A DNA stretch of 63,532 nt, filler included, from Rhabdomonas costata (lineage: Eukaryota): the NCBI GenBank assembly GCA_019059605.1. It is 27 parts of 27 records of this genome, joined end to end, with 100 filler letters (N's around TTAATTAATTAA, not from the genome) between each part and the next. Parts side by side here need not be neighbours in the genome. Positions count along the whole stretch, not along the records: positions 61,278 to 63,532 come from JAHMHO010004491.1; 26 more parts are not named here. One strand, written 5' to 3'. The position numbers and the translations under genes were made by a program. Positions 62,622-63,532 of this stretch are shown one piece after another. The notes under the pieces are model-generated. The model saw only the letters and a program-made list of their open reading frames with translations, had not been told where the DNA came from and searched no databases. Positions within the stretch are counted from its first letter, which is position 1. Every line of letters begins with the position of its first letter.

Positions 62622-63443
62622 CCAGAGTCTCAAGGAGGAGAGGCGTCTGTAGGATGGTGCACGAGGGACACTCCTCGCGGACAGCCCTTAGCGCGGCATG
62701 CAGGGCCTCGGTCAGCGGAGTAGAAGCGCCAGCAGCACCCAAACCGTGTCCTGCAGAAGGGCATGGGCCTAGTGCAGGGCAGCAAAGCACAAGTGCGGCG
62801 GACGGCGCGGCTTGCTTCGCGGCGCGGGAAAGCCCCTCGAACCAGCCCAGCAGCAACCCTGGATCACGCAGGCTCGCAGGCATGGGCTGTGTGTAACCAC
62901 GACACATACTCACATACTTCTTGAAGATTCAAGTTGAAGATTCATGGTTATCTTCACCCACGCCCAAGTGGTCGCCAGGATGTGGGCACCATCGTGACTG
63001 GTAATCTTTTCTTAAGCCACGGTCGGCGCCATGCCGCACTGCATGGTTGTGTTGGATTCGTCCTGCTGCACATCTTGGGATCCCCTCTAAGGGAAAAATG
63101 CTTGAAAGCTGAACATATCTTCACCCCCCCCCCCATAAAAAGGAATGAAACACGCACATGCAATTGCTTTGTGCACCTGGAGAGGGCTTATTGTTCTGGG
63201 AGCTAAAAGGGGAAGGGGTGGCGTGCATACGACGAAGATTCCACGAGCACCAGCGAGGGCCCGCTCGCAGGCCCCCATGTCACCCCAGTGCGGAAGGACC
63301 TCCGCCGTTCCCAGTGGGGCGGCTGCCAAAGGGTGCCTACTGACCAGACGCACGGAAAAGCCCCCGCGGTTCAGATGGGCCGCCACGGCCCGAGCGAGCA
63401 GACCGGACCCGCCAAGCACCGCAACAACCTCGGGCACCGCCAT
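62622..63443 (-). CDS. NmrA-like / atypical SDR NAD(P)-binding protein, first 2 exons
   Basis: Exons 63443-63231 and 62886-62622. Rossmann motif VAVLGGSGLLARAV..VRLVSRHP..ALAGARGIFV, and later CTILQTPLLLETL (compare YTILRPxxFxEN). Confidence 0.75.
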
Positions 63444-63532
63444 TGTCCAAATCCAAAGCTCAGTTTACTCTCCGCGAATTATAAGAACTGAAATGCAGCC
63501 AACGGCTCATGCGAGCTGAATCCAAAAAACAC

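Overview
This window is not one locus. It is 27 unrelated genomic contigs of about 2.25 kb, joined by an artificial 100-nt spacer (N44-TTAATTAATTAA-N44), so nothing can be inferred from adjacency across spacers. Most contigs start with a G/T-only run or end with a C/A-only run, the signature of degenerate-primer whole-genome amplification. The DNA comes from an intron-rich eukaryote with short GC-rich exons; a euglenid-like protist is plausible, but that is inference. Most entries in the ORF track are spurious. Hand-splicing GT-AG introns with consistent phases recovers fragments of leucyl-tRNA synthetase, cytochrome b5 reductase, RNA Pol III RPC8, a TBC Rab-GAP, ankyrin proteins, coiled-coil proteins, EGF- and TSP1-repeat proteins, an SLX4-like scaffold, a papain-family protease, D-2-hydroxyglutarate dehydrogenase, an AMP-deaminase homolog, a PRMT7-like enzyme, a fucosyltransferase-like protein, RBBP5 and an NmrA-like protein, plus one complete membrane-anchored TPR gene. 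Most notable: (1) two gene-free contigs packed with C-GNA-G mini-hairpins that share a motif, possibly extrachromosomal or organellar DNA; (2) an AMP-deaminase homolog lacking active-site histidines; (3) a strong +4 pyrimidine bias at splice donors; (4) helically phased A-tracts in non-coding DNA; (5) fold-back elements and decayed gene copies. I see no rRNA, tRNA, CRISPR array or prokaryotic system, and no new biological system can be established from sequence alone.
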